From Candidatus Paceibacter sp. (GTDB lineage: Bacteria; Patescibacteriota; Patescibacteriia; S139-126), in assembly GCA_020724865.1 (NCBI GenBank), contig DYGA01000001.1:835-64834 (forward strand): a stretch of 64,000 nt of DNA, written 5' to 3'. Position numbers and translations under genes: made by a program. The notes beneath the pieces were generated by a model that saw only the letters and a list, made by a program, of their open reading frames with translations, was not told the DNA's origin and made no database searches. Numbering within the stretch: the first letter of the stretch is position 1; each line of letters opens with the position of its first letter. Shown here piece after piece: positions 38,433 to 49,214 of the stretch.

Positions 38433-40862
38433 TTAATCAATAACAACTATATTAACTATCTTTCCAGGCACATAAATTTCTTTTACCACTTTTTTACCGC
38501 TTATATACTTTTTAATACTTTCTTGTTCACGTGCCAATGACAAAACTTCACTTTGTTTAGCATCAATGCTGACTTCTATACTGCCTCGCAATTTACCATT
38601 CACCTGAATAGCAACTGTCACACTATCAGCTTGGACCAAATTTTTATCCCAAGTTGGCCATGGTTGCGTAACCAATAAATCTTTGTTACCTATTTTTTGC
38701 CATAACTCCTCAGTTATATGAGGAGCAAAAGGATTTAAAATAACTAATAAATTATGCAAGCTTTCTTGACTGAATGATTTTTCTTTAGCCATAAAATTAA
38801 CTAATATCATCAAGGCAGAAATAGCCGTGTTAAATTTAATAGCGACAATATCTTCGCTGACCTTCTTAATAGTTTGTTGCACCAACTTTTTCATTTCTTT
38901 GGATTCTACACTTGGTCTATTGTTTTCCAACCATTCAAGTACCACCAACCATAATTTTTCCAAAAATCGACGAGACCCAATTATACTACTAGTAGACCAA
39001 GGTTTGGTATCTTCCAATGGACCCATAAACATTTCGTAAATACGCATAGTATCAGCGCCATATTCTGCTACTACCTCATCAGGATTTATAACATTACCTC
39101 TGGATTTTGACATTTTTTGATTATCTTCACCTAAAATCATACCCTGATTACGCAAACGCAAAAATGGTTCTGAAATTTTTAACCAGCCAAAATCACGCAA
39201 TGCTTTGGTAAAAAATCTAGCATACAATAAATGTAAAACTGCATGTTCTGCACCGCCAATATACAAATCTACCGGCAACCAATAAGCAACCTTTTCTTGA
39301 CTAAATGCTTGCTGTTCATTATGAGGATCACAATAACGCAAAAAATACCAAGATGAACATACAAATGTGTCCATAGTATCAACCTCCCGTCGAACACTTT
39401 GGCCACTAACTCCGCACTTAGGACATTGAACCTGATGAAAAATTTTTGAATATACCAAAGGCGATTGACCTGTAGGTTTAAAATCAACATCCCGAGGAAG
39501 TAAAACTGGCAAATCTTTTTCTGGGACTGGCATCATACCGCAATCATCACAATAAATGATAGGTATCGGCGCTCCCCAATATCTTTGTCTGGAAACCAAC
39601 CAATCACGGAGACGATATTGCGTTGTGATTTTTCCGTTAACTTTTTTGGTAATTTTCTGCTTGGCCGTTTCGCTATCTAAGCCATTAAATTCACCGGAAT
39701 TTATTAAAACACCTTCTGCAGTATACAATTGAATGTTTTTTAAGTCGGTACTCTTATGTGAATTTGGTTTTATAACCTGAATAATTTCTAAATTGTACTT
39801 TTTGGCAAACTCCCAATCTCTTTCATCGTGGGCTGGAACTGCCATTATTGCACCAGTGCCATATGTATTTAAAACATAATCAGCAATAAAAACAGGTATT
39901 TCTTTATTATTGGCCGGATTAATAGCTTTTAAACCTTGTAGTTTTACACCGGTTTTTTCCTTATTTAAACTGATTCTTTCCAAATCAGATTTTTTCTTGG
40001 TTGCTGTAATATATTGGTTTACTTCTGTTTTATTCTCTATTTTAGATTCTAAACTCTGAATTAACTCGTGTTCTGGTGCTAAAACTATATACGTAGCTCC
40101 ATATAAAGTATCGGGCCGAGTAGTAAAAACTTTTATACTTAATACAGAATTTTTTATTTTAAATTCTATCTCTGCCCCAACGGATTTACCAATCCAATTT
40201 TTTTGCGCCAATTTAATATTTTCTGGCCAATCAAGCATATCAAGTCCTGACAACAGTTCTTCCGCATAATCAGTTATTTTGAAAAACCACTGTTCTAAAT
40301 CCTTTTGCCTAACTTCGTTTTGACAACGTTCACATTGCCCATTGATTACTTGTTCATTGGCCAATACTGTCTGACAGTGTTCACACCAATTTACTTTGCC
40401 TTTTTTCTTATAAGCCAAACCATGTTTATACATTTGCAAAAATAACCATTGGGTCCAACGATAATAATTTGGATCAGCTGTACTAATTTCTCTTGACCAA
40501 TCATAGGAAAAACCAAATGATTTTATTTGTCTACGAAAATTATCAATACTTTTGGCAGTAGTTTCCCAAGGCGGAACTCCAACTTTGATAGCATAATTTT
40601 CTGCTGGTAAACCAAATGCATCCCAACCGATGGGATTTAAAACATTATAACCTAAATGACGATGATAACGGGCAATAATATCAACTGCGGTATAACTTTC
40701 TGGATGTCCAACATGCAAACCAGCCGCTGAAGGATAAGGAAACATACAAAGAGCATAATACTTCTTTTGTTTAGTTTGCTCTTGGACTACAAAAACTGAT
40801 TCTTTTTCCCATAGCTGTTGCCATTTGGTTTCTATTTTTTTATGGTCATAATACCTATCCAT
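38433..40862 (-). CDS. leuS: Leucyl-tRNA synthetase
   Basis: HVGHPESYTAVDIIARY (HIGH-class motif) and KMSKSRGN; CP1 editing domain; 809 aa. Confidence 0.9.
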   Translation of the reverse strand: MDRYYDHKKIETKWQQLWEKESVFVVQEQTKQKKYYALCMFPYPSAAGLHVGHPESYTAVDIIARYHRHLGYNVLNPIGWDAFGLPAENYAIKVGVPPWETTAKSIDNFRRQIKSFGFSYDWSREISTADPNYYRWTQWLFLQMYKHGLAYKKKGKVNWCEHCQTVLANEQVINGQCERCQNEVRQKDLEQWFFKITDYAEELLSGLDMLDWPENIKLAQKNWIGKSVGAEIEFKIKNSVLSIKVFTTRPDTLYGATYIVLAPEHELIQSLESKIENKTEVNQYITATKKKSDLERISLNKEKTGVKLQGLKAINPANNKEIPVFIADYVLNTYGTGAIMAVPAHDERDWEFAKKYNLEIIQVIKPNSHKSTDLKNIQLYTAEGVLINSGEFNGLDSETAKQKITKKVNGKITTQYRLRDWLVSRQRYWGAPIPIIYCDDCGMMPVPEKDLPVLLPRDVDFKPTGQSPLVYSKIFHQVQCPKCGVSGQSVRREVDTMDTFVCSSWYFLRYCDPHNEQQAFSQEKVAYWLPVDLYIGGAEHAVLHLLYARFFTKALRDFGWLKISEPFLRLRNQGMILGEDNQKMSKSRGNVINPDEVVAEYGADTMRIYEMFMGPLEDTKPWSTSSIIGSRRFLEKLWLVVLEWLENNRPSVESKEMKKLVQQTIKKVSEDIVAIKFNTAISALMILVNFMAKEKSFSQESLHNLLVILNPFAPHITEELWQKIGNKDLLVTQPWPTWDKNLVQADSVTVAIQVNGKLRGSIEVSIDAKQSEVLSLAREQESIKKYISGKKVVKEIYVPGKIVNIVVID

Positions 40863-41122
40863 TTGTTATATGGTTATATAAAACAACTTCACTCTAGCAT
40901 TCGCCAACTATTTTTTCAACATATTACCATTGACCAAAAAATCTAAATAACTTATGATTGATGTTGATCACTAAAATATTAACACAGCTTCAGGGATATT
41001 ATTTTTATAGTTTATTTATCAAGCACTGGTTGCGTTTAATAATATGTCTGAAAATGTGATTTGGGGCATAATATATACCTCAACCAATCAAAAATATATT
41101 AATTATAGTCTCGGCTAAAACC

Positions 41123-42421
41123 TTGAAAATTTTTTCTTGGTTATTAAAAATTCTTATTTGGCTATACAAAAAATTATTACACAAACCAATTGCTTGGTTT
41201 GGTATTTTTTTATGGCGCAATATTATTATCAATATTTATAAAGCTTACGTTTCTTTGAAACGTCAAATAATAAAACTATTAGAAAGACACAATAATATCT
41301 TAGCGATTTTTCTGAATAAAAAATTAATTACCCCAATAATAATATTATTAATGACCCTAGCAGTGGTTACCAATAATATTGCCGCCAAAGAAACTAATCG
41401 AGAAGATTTTGGCAGACAAAGTATTTTATTTAGTTTAGTAAAAGATGAATTTGGTGGCCATGAAATAATTGAAGATAAACAACTACCACAAATAAATACG
41501 GAAGTTGCCAATCAAGAACTAATGGCCTTATCAGCTAATAATTTAGGTATTAACCAAGAAACTGAGGACAATAATTTGGCTATTACTCAAGGCGGTGCAT
41601 TGGTACAACAAAATATTATTGCTGCTGATCAAATGCGTACCCGTACTGAAGTTGAAGATTATATAGTCCAACCGGGCGATACTGCTTCTTCTATTGCTGC
41701 TGCCTATGGTCTGTCAGTCACTTCAATACTGTGGGCTAATAATTTAAATAACTATTCAATTATTAAACCTGGGCAAACTTTAAAAATACCTCCTCAGGAT
41801 GGAGTTATATATACTATTGCTAAAAATGATACTATTCAAAAAATTGCCGAAACTTACCAAGCTGACGAATTAAGTATTCTTGATGCTAATCCAGAACTAA
41901 ACCCCAACTCCCTAACAGTCGGCAAAACAATATTTATTCCTAACGGAGTAAAACCAGCCCCCAAACCAACTATTCAAACTAAACCTAATACCGCTGTGGC
42001 TATTAGAACAATTTTATCTCCCAATACTCCAGTACCCGAAGCGGCCACCAATTTAGATCTGGAAAATAAACTACTCTGGCCGGCTAAATCTAGACGAATA
42101 AATCAGTACTTCAGCTGGCGTCACACTGGACTTGATATTGATGGCGACACCGGAGATCCAGCTTATGCTCCAGAATCGGGTAAAGTGGAAAGAGCGGGTT
42201 GGAGCAATGGCTATGGTTATAATGTAATTATCAATCATGGCAATGGTATCAAAACATTGATGGGACATTTTTCTAAAATTTTGGTTAAAGTTGGCGACAC
42301 GGTTGAACGCGGAGATGTAGTTGCTTTGATAGGTTCAACCGGTTGGTCAACTGGTCCTCATATTCACTTTGAAGTTATAGTCAACGGAAAAAAAGTCAAT
42401 CCTTTTACTTATACTAAATAA
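41123..42421 (+). CDS. Membrane-anchored LysM-domain M23 family metallopeptidase (peptidoglycan endopeptidase)
   Basis: Two LysM repeats (YIVQPGDTASSIAAAYGLS, YTIAKNDTIQKIAETYQ); C-terminal M23 motifs HTGLDIDG...GSTGWSTGPHIHFEV. Confidence 0.8.
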   Translation: MKIFSWLLKILIWLYKKLLHKPIAWFGIFLWRNIIINIYKAYVSLKRQIIKLLERHNNILAIFLNKKLITPIIILLMTLAVVTNNIAAKETNREDFGRQSILFSLVKDEFGGHEIIEDKQLPQINTEVANQELMALSANNLGINQETEDNNLAITQGGALVQQNIIAADQMRTRTEVEDYIVQPGDTASSIAAAYGLSVTSILWANNLNNYSIIKPGQTLKIPPQDGVIYTIAKNDTIQKIAETYQADELSILDANPELNPNSLTVGKTIFIPNGVKPAPKPTIQTKPNTAVAIRTILSPNTPVPEAATNLDLENKLLWPAKSRRINQYFSWRHTGLDIDGDTGDPAYAPESGKVERAGWSNGYGYNVIINHGNGIKTLMGHFSKILVKVGDTVERGDVVALIGSTGWSTGPHIHFEVIVNGKKVNPFTYTK

Positions 42422-42460
42422 TGTATATTACCGAGAATATAAATAATTCTAGACTCTAAT

Positions 42461-43990
42461 CTACATTTGTCTTAAACTAGGCCGATATTGGATACTTTCA
42501 GCTACATGAGGTAAATCCACTTTTTCTGAGCCTGCTAGATCAGCAATAGTTCTGGCCAATTTTAATAGTCGATGGTAAGATCTGGCAGACAAATTCATTT
42601 GGTGCACGGCATTTTTTAAAATTTCTTTAGCTGGTTCAGACAATTGACAATATGTTTCTATCTCCTTAATACCCATTTCCGAATTGGTAAATATCTTTTT
42701 ACCACTAAAACGTTCCATTTGTTTTTGTCTGGCCGCCTTAATACGTGTCAAAATTTTTTCTGATGATTCGGCTGTTTGAGTACTGGTTAATTTTTCATAT
42801 TCCACTCTAGGAACTTCAATATGCAAATCAATGCGATCAAGCAGTGGTCCAGAAATTTTCTTTTGATAATTTAACATTTGGGCTGGACTGCAAATACAAT
42901 GTTTAACTGGATCACCGTAAAAACCGCACGGACAAGGATTCATCGCCGCCACCAACATAAATTTAGCTGGAAATTGTACAGTGCCATGAGCTCTAGACAC
43001 GGTTACAAAACCATCTTCTAAAGGTTGTCTTAATGAATCCAAAACATTTCTAGGAAACTCTGGAAACTCATCTAAAAACAAAACGCCTCGATGAGCTAAA
43101 CTTATCTCACCGGGTTTGATATTAGTACCGCCGCCTACCAACGCAACCGAAGATGAAGTATGATGTGGTGAACGAAAAACTCTGTGTTTAATTAAAGGAT
43201 AATCAGCGGTCAATAAACCAGCTACCGAATAAATTTTGGTTACCTCTAAACTTTCAGCTAAATTCATTGGAGGTAAAATTCCCACCAAAGCCCTAGCTAA
43301 TAAAGTCTTTCCAGACCCTGGCGGTCCGGATAATAAAATGTTGTGGCCGCCAGCAGCGGCAATTTCTAAAGCCCTTTTAACCGATTCTTGCCCTTTAATT
43401 TCAGCAAAATCAACCGCTGTTACTTTCTCAGCAAAAAGTGGTTTAATATTTTGCTGAAAAGGTGTTATCTTTATTTCCTCTGCTAAAAATTGCACTACTT
43501 GACGCAAATTCTCCACTCCATAAATTTCCACTCCTTCCACTAAACTAGCTTCAGCTTGGCTGGCGGCAGGAACAATAAATTTACTAATACCTTTTTCCTG
43601 ACAACTTATAACCATAGGTAAAATACCAGCCACTGGACGTAATGAACCGTCCAAAGACAGTTCCCCGCAAATCATAAAATGCTGTAAATTTTTTTGTACC
43701 TGACACTGACCAGAGGCACGAAGCAAAGCCAAGGCAATGGGCAAATCAAAACTTGGCCCTTGTTTTTTTATATCAGCTGGCGCTAAATTGACGGCAATTC
43801 GCGCTGGAGGAAATTTAAAACCAGAATTCTTTATTGCACTTCTAATTCTTTCACGAGACTCTTGTACAGCTGCATCAGGCAAACCAACAATAATAAAAGA
43901 AGGTAAAGCCGTAGGAGTTATATCAGCTTCAACTTCTACCAAAACACCATCTAAACCCAACAAAGATGCTGAAAGTAAATTGACTGACAT
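42461..43990 (-). CDS. comM: Mg-chelatase-like AAA+ protein YifB/ComM
   Basis: Lon-like N-terminal domain; Walker A ILLSGPPGSGKTLLARAL; GVLFLDEFPEF; C-terminal ComM-type domain. Confidence 0.85.
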   Translation of the reverse strand: MSVNLLSASLLGLDGVLVEVEADITPTALPSFIIVGLPDAAVQESRERIRSAIKNSGFKFPPARIAVNLAPADIKKQGPSFDLPIALALLRASGQCQVQKNLQHFMICGELSLDGSLRPVAGILPMVISCQEKGISKFIVPAASQAEASLVEGVEIYGVENLRQVVQFLAEEIKITPFQQNIKPLFAEKVTAVDFAEIKGQESVKRALEIAAAGGHNILLSGPPGSGKTLLARALVGILPPMNLAESLEVTKIYSVAGLLTADYPLIKHRVFRSPHHTSSSVALVGGGTNIKPGEISLAHRGVLFLDEFPEFPRNVLDSLRQPLEDGFVTVSRAHGTVQFPAKFMLVAAMNPCPCGFYGDPVKHCICSPAQMLNYQKKISGPLLDRIDLHIEVPRVEYEKLTSTQTAESSEKILTRIKAARQKQMERFSGKKIFTNSEMGIKEIETYCQLSEPAKEILKNAVHQMNLSARSYHRLLKLARTIADLAGSEKVDLPHVAESIQYRPSLRQM

Positions 43991-44437
43991 CTAATTATAA
44001 TCTTTTTTGTAATTTAAATACATTAAAGTCATCACACCAACTACTATGTAAATATCGGCTAAATTAAATACCGGCCAATACCATATAGATAAATAATCCA
44101 CTACTCCCTGATAAAAAATTCTATCAAATAAATTACTATAACCACCAATAATTATTAAAGCCAACCAAAAAATAAAATTAAATCTTTTTTTCTGCCACCA
44201 ATAATATCCAAATAAAAAAAGAGTTAACCAACCAATAAATACAAAAATTAACCACCAAAATTTGGTGGGCAGAATACCAAAAAAAAATTTGTCATTAAGC
44301 CATAATTGCCAACTGAACCAAGGATTAGAAAAAAAAACTTTATCTGGATTTTGTAAAGCTAAATGTTTAAAAAATCTATCAACAATAAATAAACAAAAAA
44401 TAAATATCGATGATAGATATATTTTTTTTCTCCTCAT
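43991..44437 (-). CDS. lspA: Lipoprotein signal peptidase (signal peptidase II)
   Basis: Four TM helices; conserved GGYSNLFDRIF and FNLADIYI motifs of LspA. Confidence 0.75.
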   Translation of the reverse strand: MRRKKIYLSSIFIFCLFIVDRFFKHLALQNPDKVFFSNPWFSWQLWLNDKFFFGILPTKFWWLIFVFIGWLTLFLFGYYWWQKKRFNFIFWLALIIIGGYSNLFDRIFYQGVVDYLSIWYWPVFNLADIYIVVGVMTLMYLNYKKDYN

Positions 44438-44448
44438 TAAATAAAAAA

Positions 44449-44811
44449 CTAAGATTTATCAGCCTGACATTTCATGCAAAAATTTGCCGCTGGATAAACT
44501 TTTAATCTTTCAATTTGAATTTCCTTACCACATTGTTCACACAATCCATAAGTACCATTGTCTATTTTCGCTAAGGCTTTGACTGTAGATTGCAGTAAGC
44601 TTTCTAAATTTTTTTCAATACCCAAACGAGAAGAATAAGTATCAACTTCAGCCGCATTTGAATCTATATCATCGCCCCAATTGGGGAAGCGTGAATCAAA
44701 GTCATTGGCAACTTCTTCTTTTTTATCAGCAATTGAAAGTAACTCATTTTCCAGACGTTCTTTTTCTTTAAGTAATTTATCTTTAATTTGTTTTAATAAA
44801 TCTTTATCCAT
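44449..44811 (-). CDS. DksA/TraR family C4-type zinc-finger protein
   Basis: N-terminal coiled coil; canonical C-x2-C-x17-C-x2-C (CEQCGKEIQIERLKVYPAANFCMKC). Confidence 0.6.
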   Translation of the reverse strand: MDKDLLKQIKDKLLKEKERLENELLSIADKKEEVANDFDSRFPNWGDDIDSNAAEVDTYSSRLGIEKNLESLLQSTVKALAKIDNGTYGLCEQCGKEIQIERLKVYPAANFCMKCQADKS

Positions 44812-44921
44812 AAAAAAATAAAAAAACTCTCCGTATAGATTATATCAAATTTATAAAACTATGGCTATCTAATAATTATCTATTGACAAAATTATAAATT
44901 TATGTTTTAATATGTTAATAA

Positions 44922-44953
44922 TACAAAAAAGACGCCGGGGTTACCGGCGCCCT
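44922..44953 (-). terminator. Strong intrinsic terminator on the minus strand (stem GGCGCCGG/CCGGCGTC then TTTTTTGT) closing an ORF-free ~430-nt unit
   Basis: Minus-strand read gggcgccggtaaccccggcgtcttttttgtatt. Confidence 0.6.
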
Positions 44954-45387
44954 ATTATATTTAAAAATATTTAATGGCTGAGTAACTCCGGCGTTTATTG
45001 CCATTTTTTGAACAAATTTTCACTTAAATTATTAAGTAAATATTTGTATTTTCGTTAAAATGGCATTTTACGCCTGTTCCGACTTTAGGCAATTTAACTT
45101 CCTAACCTTAGTGGGTTATCCTTTTCTTTTGTAGAAAATGGGCCCTTTTTCAAATTTTGTTTTTGTTTTGTCTTATGGTCGGGTCATAAGATCCGGTTAG
45201 GGAGAAAAAATTATTCCAAAATAATTTAAATTTGGAATAATTTTCTGGAAATGAACTTACTACATTTTTATTATATCACCAATTTTAAAAAAAGTCAATA
45301 TCAAACAATATGTTTTTTTATGTAAAATTAGCTAAAAAAATAAATATGTTTGTAATTAACTAAAATTAAATACAAAATTTGAACACA

Positions 45388-45420
45388 TATATTGTTCAAA
45401 TTCTGTATTTTTATCAACAA
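45388..45420 (-). terminator. Intrinsic terminator (stem AATTTGAACA/TGTTCAAATT) just after the 45453-46793 gene
   Basis: Minus-strand read aatttgaacaatatatgtgttcaaattttgtattt. Confidence 0.5.
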
Positions 45421-45452
45421 TTTATCCACAAAATTATAAATTTACTGATTTT

Positions 45453-46793
45453 TTAATAACAAAATCTATATTTTACCTGGTTTTTATTAACCCAATAACT
45501 TAAACTTAGTAGTTTATTATTGAATTTAAAAGAGTAATTTGCCGTTGGATTATTCTGGCAAATAGAATTTATTTTTTGGTGGCCTTGAACTTTAGTAATT
45601 AAACGATTTAATAGTTTTAAATCATTACCCAAAATATATCTATTATTTAACAAAGTATAAAAAACATAATCATGGGGAGTAAAATATATTATTTTAATAT
45701 TTTGTCCTGATAAATTATAATTTTGCCAATTTACTGGTTGTTCTGAAGCAACTATCTCTTTGATAATGGTTTTATCTGGTAGAGTTATTTCTTTTATTTG
45801 CGGTTGAAAATAACCTAACATTTTTGCCATTATTTTATTTATTATTTGAAAAAAATTGTCATCTATGGGTAAACTCAACAACCACGGAGAAATTTGTTTA
45901 TTTTCCGTATGATCTGTAGAGATGACCAAATCATAAAAACTATTTGCTTGCAATAGTTCTTGCTCAATATCTATTCCGGTAATAGCCGATAATTGTTTAA
46001 ATTTTTTATACCATTCCTGTGATTGATTTTGTTGCCACGCCCAAATAAATTCTTCTGCGTTTAAATGATAAAAAAGCCAATTTTCACCATAAAAAGTAGT
46101 TAACCACTGCCTATCTTTATTATCTACCAGAGATACATAATTGTTTTCCAATGAAACTATTTCTAAATAATTATCATATATTTCCCAGCGCCAACTTCCA
46201 ACTAAATTAAACAAATTGAATTCTTTTGCTAAATTGTTGAAGTTAACATAACCATAAGGGGCGTTAATTGGTCGGGAAAAATTTGGCCAAACCTTTGTCA
46301 ATAAAGACCCTCCTGCAGAGATATTATTAAAAAATTTATTTTTTATTTCATCAGCTTGATTGCTGACAATTAACAAATTGCCGCTAGTAGCCGCTGATAA
46401 ACCGTTAGCTAATACTGGCAATGTTTGTTCAGGCCAATAAATCAACCAACCAAAATAATTTTTATTTTCCGAAGAGAAAACTACATAGGCATATTCTGAC
46501 TGGGAAAAACTAGAAATTTGTTTTTCCTGGCTAAAAAAATCTGGCTTGGCATTATACAAATTTTCTTTTAATTCCGACGGCAGTGCTTGCCAATTTTTAT
46601 CATTACTTAAAGAATTTGGAAAATGAGCATAAAAACCTATACTCTCTACTGACAAATTGTTTATTATATTATCTGGACTGTCCAACCATTCTTCATAAAT
46701 AACACTTATCAATCCAAAGACAACTAATATTGCTATTAGTATGCCGTAAAACCAATAACGACGTTTTACTTGAGGAAAAAAATTCTTTAACAT
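45453..46793 (-). CDS. Hypothetical membrane-anchored protein (N-terminal TM, Asn/Tyr/Trp-rich ectodomain)
   Basis: ORF track; TM YWFYGILIAILVVFGLISVIY. Confidence 0.45.
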   Translation of the reverse strand: MLKNFFPQVKRRYWFYGILIAILVVFGLISVIYEEWLDSPDNIINNLSVESIGFYAHFPNSLSNDKNWQALPSELKENLYNAKPDFFSQEKQISSFSQSEYAYVVFSSENKNYFGWLIYWPEQTLPVLANGLSAATSGNLLIVSNQADEIKNKFFNNISAGGSLLTKVWPNFSRPINAPYGYVNFNNLAKEFNLFNLVGSWRWEIYDNYLEIVSLENNYVSLVDNKDRQWLTTFYGENWLFYHLNAEEFIWAWQQNQSQEWYKKFKQLSAITGIDIEQELLQANSFYDLVISTDHTENKQISPWLLSLPIDDNFFQIINKIMAKMLGYFQPQIKEITLPDKTIIKEIVASEQPVNWQNYNLSGQNIKIIYFTPHDYVFYTLLNNRYILGNDLKLLNRLITKVQGHQKINSICQNNPTANYSFKFNNKLLSLSYWVNKNQVKYRFCY

Positions 46794-46857
46794 AACCTAA
46801 TTATAACAAAAAACTGCTTATTTTATCATAAGCAGTTTTATTTAAAGTGTATTTTAG

Positions 46858-49149
46858 TTAGTAATGATTATTTGGTCGATGATTATTTTTATGATGTGAA
46901 CGATTGGGACGATTAGAACGTGGCGATGATTCAATAAAACTATCTGGTTTTGGTAATAAAACTTTACGCGACAAATTAATTCTACCAAGATTATCTATTT
47001 CAATTACTTTAACCTTTACACTATCACCAACTTTTAACACGTCTTCAACCTTATTAACCCGACGCCAATCTAATTCACTAATATGTATCATACCTTCCTT
47101 ACCAGGTAAAATCTGAACAAAAGCGCCAAAATCCATCAATCTAGTTACTGTGCCTTCAAAAATTTCACCAACTTCAACTTCACGAACAATATTCTGTATC
47201 CATTGCACAGCTTTTTTAACCTGATCAGGATTTGTGCCAGTTACCAATACCGTGCCATCTTGTTCAATATCAATGGTTGTACCTGTTTTATCAATAATTT
47301 CATTGATTACTTTGCCACCCGTGCCAATGACATCTCTGATTTTATCAACGTTAATTTTAATTGACTCAATACGCGGCGCGTATGGAGATAATTCGCTTCT
47401 GGGTGCAGGTAAAACCTCAAGCATAGCGGCGAGTATTTTTTCTCTGGCGATTTTGGCGGCCATTATAGCTTCCCGACAAACTTTATAACTTATACCTCCC
47501 AACTTTATATCAACCTGAATAGCAGTAATACCTTTGGCACTCCCAGCTACTTTAAAATCCATATCACCAGCATGATCTTCTACACCTTGAATATCAGTTA
47601 AAATTCGATAATCATTTTTATCTTTGGGATTGGACATCATGCCAATGGCAATACCGGCCACAGGGGCAATAATAGGGACACCAGCATCCATCAAAGCTAA
47701 AGTTGACCCACAAACTGAGGCCTGGGAAGACGAACCATTTGATGACAAAACTTCGGATACTACTCTAATCGTATAAGGAAATATCTCTTTATCAGGTATA
47801 ACTGGCTCTAAAGCTTTTTCAGCCAAAGCGCCATGACCAATTTCTCTTCTACCTGGACCTCGCATGGGTGATACTTCTCCAACACTAAAGGGAGGAAAAT
47901 TATAATGATGCATGTAACGTTTTTTACCTTCGACTTCCATAGTATCCAGCAACTGTTCATCCCCGGGAGCACCCAATGTAACCACTGACAATACTTGAGT
48001 TTCTCCTCTAGTAAATAAGCCGCTGCCATGCGTACGAGGAAGTAATCCTACCTCTATCTGCAATGGTCTAATTTCATCCAAAGCCCGTCCGTCAACTCTT
48101 TTATTTGTTTTCAAAACAAAATCACGAGCTGCTTCTTCTAAATAAAGAGAAAATTTAGCCAAAGCTTTAGCGCGCATCTCTTTACTCACTTCATTATCCG
48201 CCTTTAGTAATTCATTAAGCTCTTGTTCCAGAGTAACAACTTTCTGCCGATAATCATTTTTTGACTGATAAGGGAATAAAGAATCAATTTTTATATTGGC
48301 AAAAAATTCTTTTACCTTACTGTCAATAACTTCTGCTTCGTTTTTTGCTTCCTCACTAAGAACTGGCTCTTCGTCTTTTGGTATTCCAATAGCTTGCCTT
48401 AATTCTTGAAGAAAGGGAAAAAGATTTTTTAAATGTTTATGACCAAACTCTAAAGCTGCTACCATATCGGCTTCTGAAATTTGTTTGGCGCCAGCTTCAA
48501 TCATTACTGCTTCTTGTTCAGTGCCAACTAATACCAAATCTAAATCAGATTTTTCTCTAGCTGAATAAGTTGGATTTAATACCCACTCATTATTTATCCT
48601 TCCAACTCTAACTGCCGAAACTGGGCCTGCCCAGGGAACGCTGGAGATATGTAAAGCGATTGAAGCTGCTAATAACGAGGGTAAATCTGGATCATTTTCA
48701 TTATCAACTGATAAAACTGTTAATACCACTTGTACATCCTTTCTTTCGGTTTCTTTGAATAAAGGCCTGATTGATCTGTCAATCAATCGAGCAGTCAGAA
48801 TTGCTTCATCTGATGCCCTACCTTCACGTTTAATAAAACGTGAACCCTTAATTTTTCCTGCAGCGTACATTTTTTCCTCATAATCAACCATTAAAGGGAA
48901 ATAATCTACACCTTCGCGAGGTTGTGCGCCTCTAACTACAGTAGCTAATACTACTGTGTCACCGTACCTAACGGTACATGAACCATGAGCTTGACCAGCT
49001 AATTTACCAACTTCAACATGTAAATTACGACCAGCCCACTCGGTATCAAAATGTCGATACATAAATTTGCCTTTCTTTACGACAAAATCAATCAATTTTA
49101 GGCCAAATAATGAGTTATTTGAACTATTCTGAAAAAAAATAATTTCCAA
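46858..49149 (-). CDS. pnp: Polynucleotide phosphorylase
   Basis: Two RNase PH domains, KH and C-terminal S1 domain (GEIFEGTVTRLMDFGAFV); classic rpsO-pnp neighbourhood. Confidence 0.9.
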   Translation of the reverse strand: MEIIFFQNSSNNSLFGLKLIDFVVKKGKFMYRHFDTEWAGRNLHVEVGKLAGQAHGSCTVRYGDTVVLATVVRGAQPREGVDYFPLMVDYEEKMYAAGKIKGSRFIKREGRASDEAILTARLIDRSIRPLFKETERKDVQVVLTVLSVDNENDPDLPSLLAASIALHISSVPWAGPVSAVRVGRINNEWVLNPTYSAREKSDLDLVLVGTEQEAVMIEAGAKQISEADMVAALEFGHKHLKNLFPFLQELRQAIGIPKDEEPVLSEEAKNEAEVIDSKVKEFFANIKIDSLFPYQSKNDYRQKVVTLEQELNELLKADNEVSKEMRAKALAKFSLYLEEAARDFVLKTNKRVDGRALDEIRPLQIEVGLLPRTHGSGLFTRGETQVLSVVTLGAPGDEQLLDTMEVEGKKRYMHHYNFPPFSVGEVSPMRGPGRREIGHGALAEKALEPVIPDKEIFPYTIRVVSEVLSSNGSSSQASVCGSTLALMDAGVPIIAPVAGIAIGMMSNPKDKNDYRILTDIQGVEDHAGDMDFKVAGSAKGITAIQVDIKLGGISYKVCREAIMAAKIAREKILAAMLEVLPAPRSELSPYAPRIESIKINVDKIRDVIGTGGKVINEIIDKTGTTIDIEQDGTVLVTGTNPDQVKKAVQWIQNIVREVEVGEIFEGTVTRLMDFGAFVQILPGKEGMIHISELDWRRVNKVEDVLKVGDSVKVKVIEIDNLGRINLSRKVLLPKPDSFIESSPRSNRPNRSHHKNNHRPNNHY

Positions 49150-49214
49150 AATACTTCAAATAACCTCTCTGCCTAAAACTTAATTAATTATGTCTTCTTA
49201 TTAATTTTTAAAAA

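Noticed and set aside
40863-41122. T-box leader upstream of leuS
   Set aside because: No AGGGTGGNACCGCG-like T-box sequence or specifier/antiterminator arrangement on the minus strand
44955-45385. Identification of the terminator-bounded unit as RNase P RNA
   Set aside because: A CCUAACCGGAUCUUA stretch loosely resembles the P4 3' strand but is on the wrong side of the transcript and lacks the partner motif
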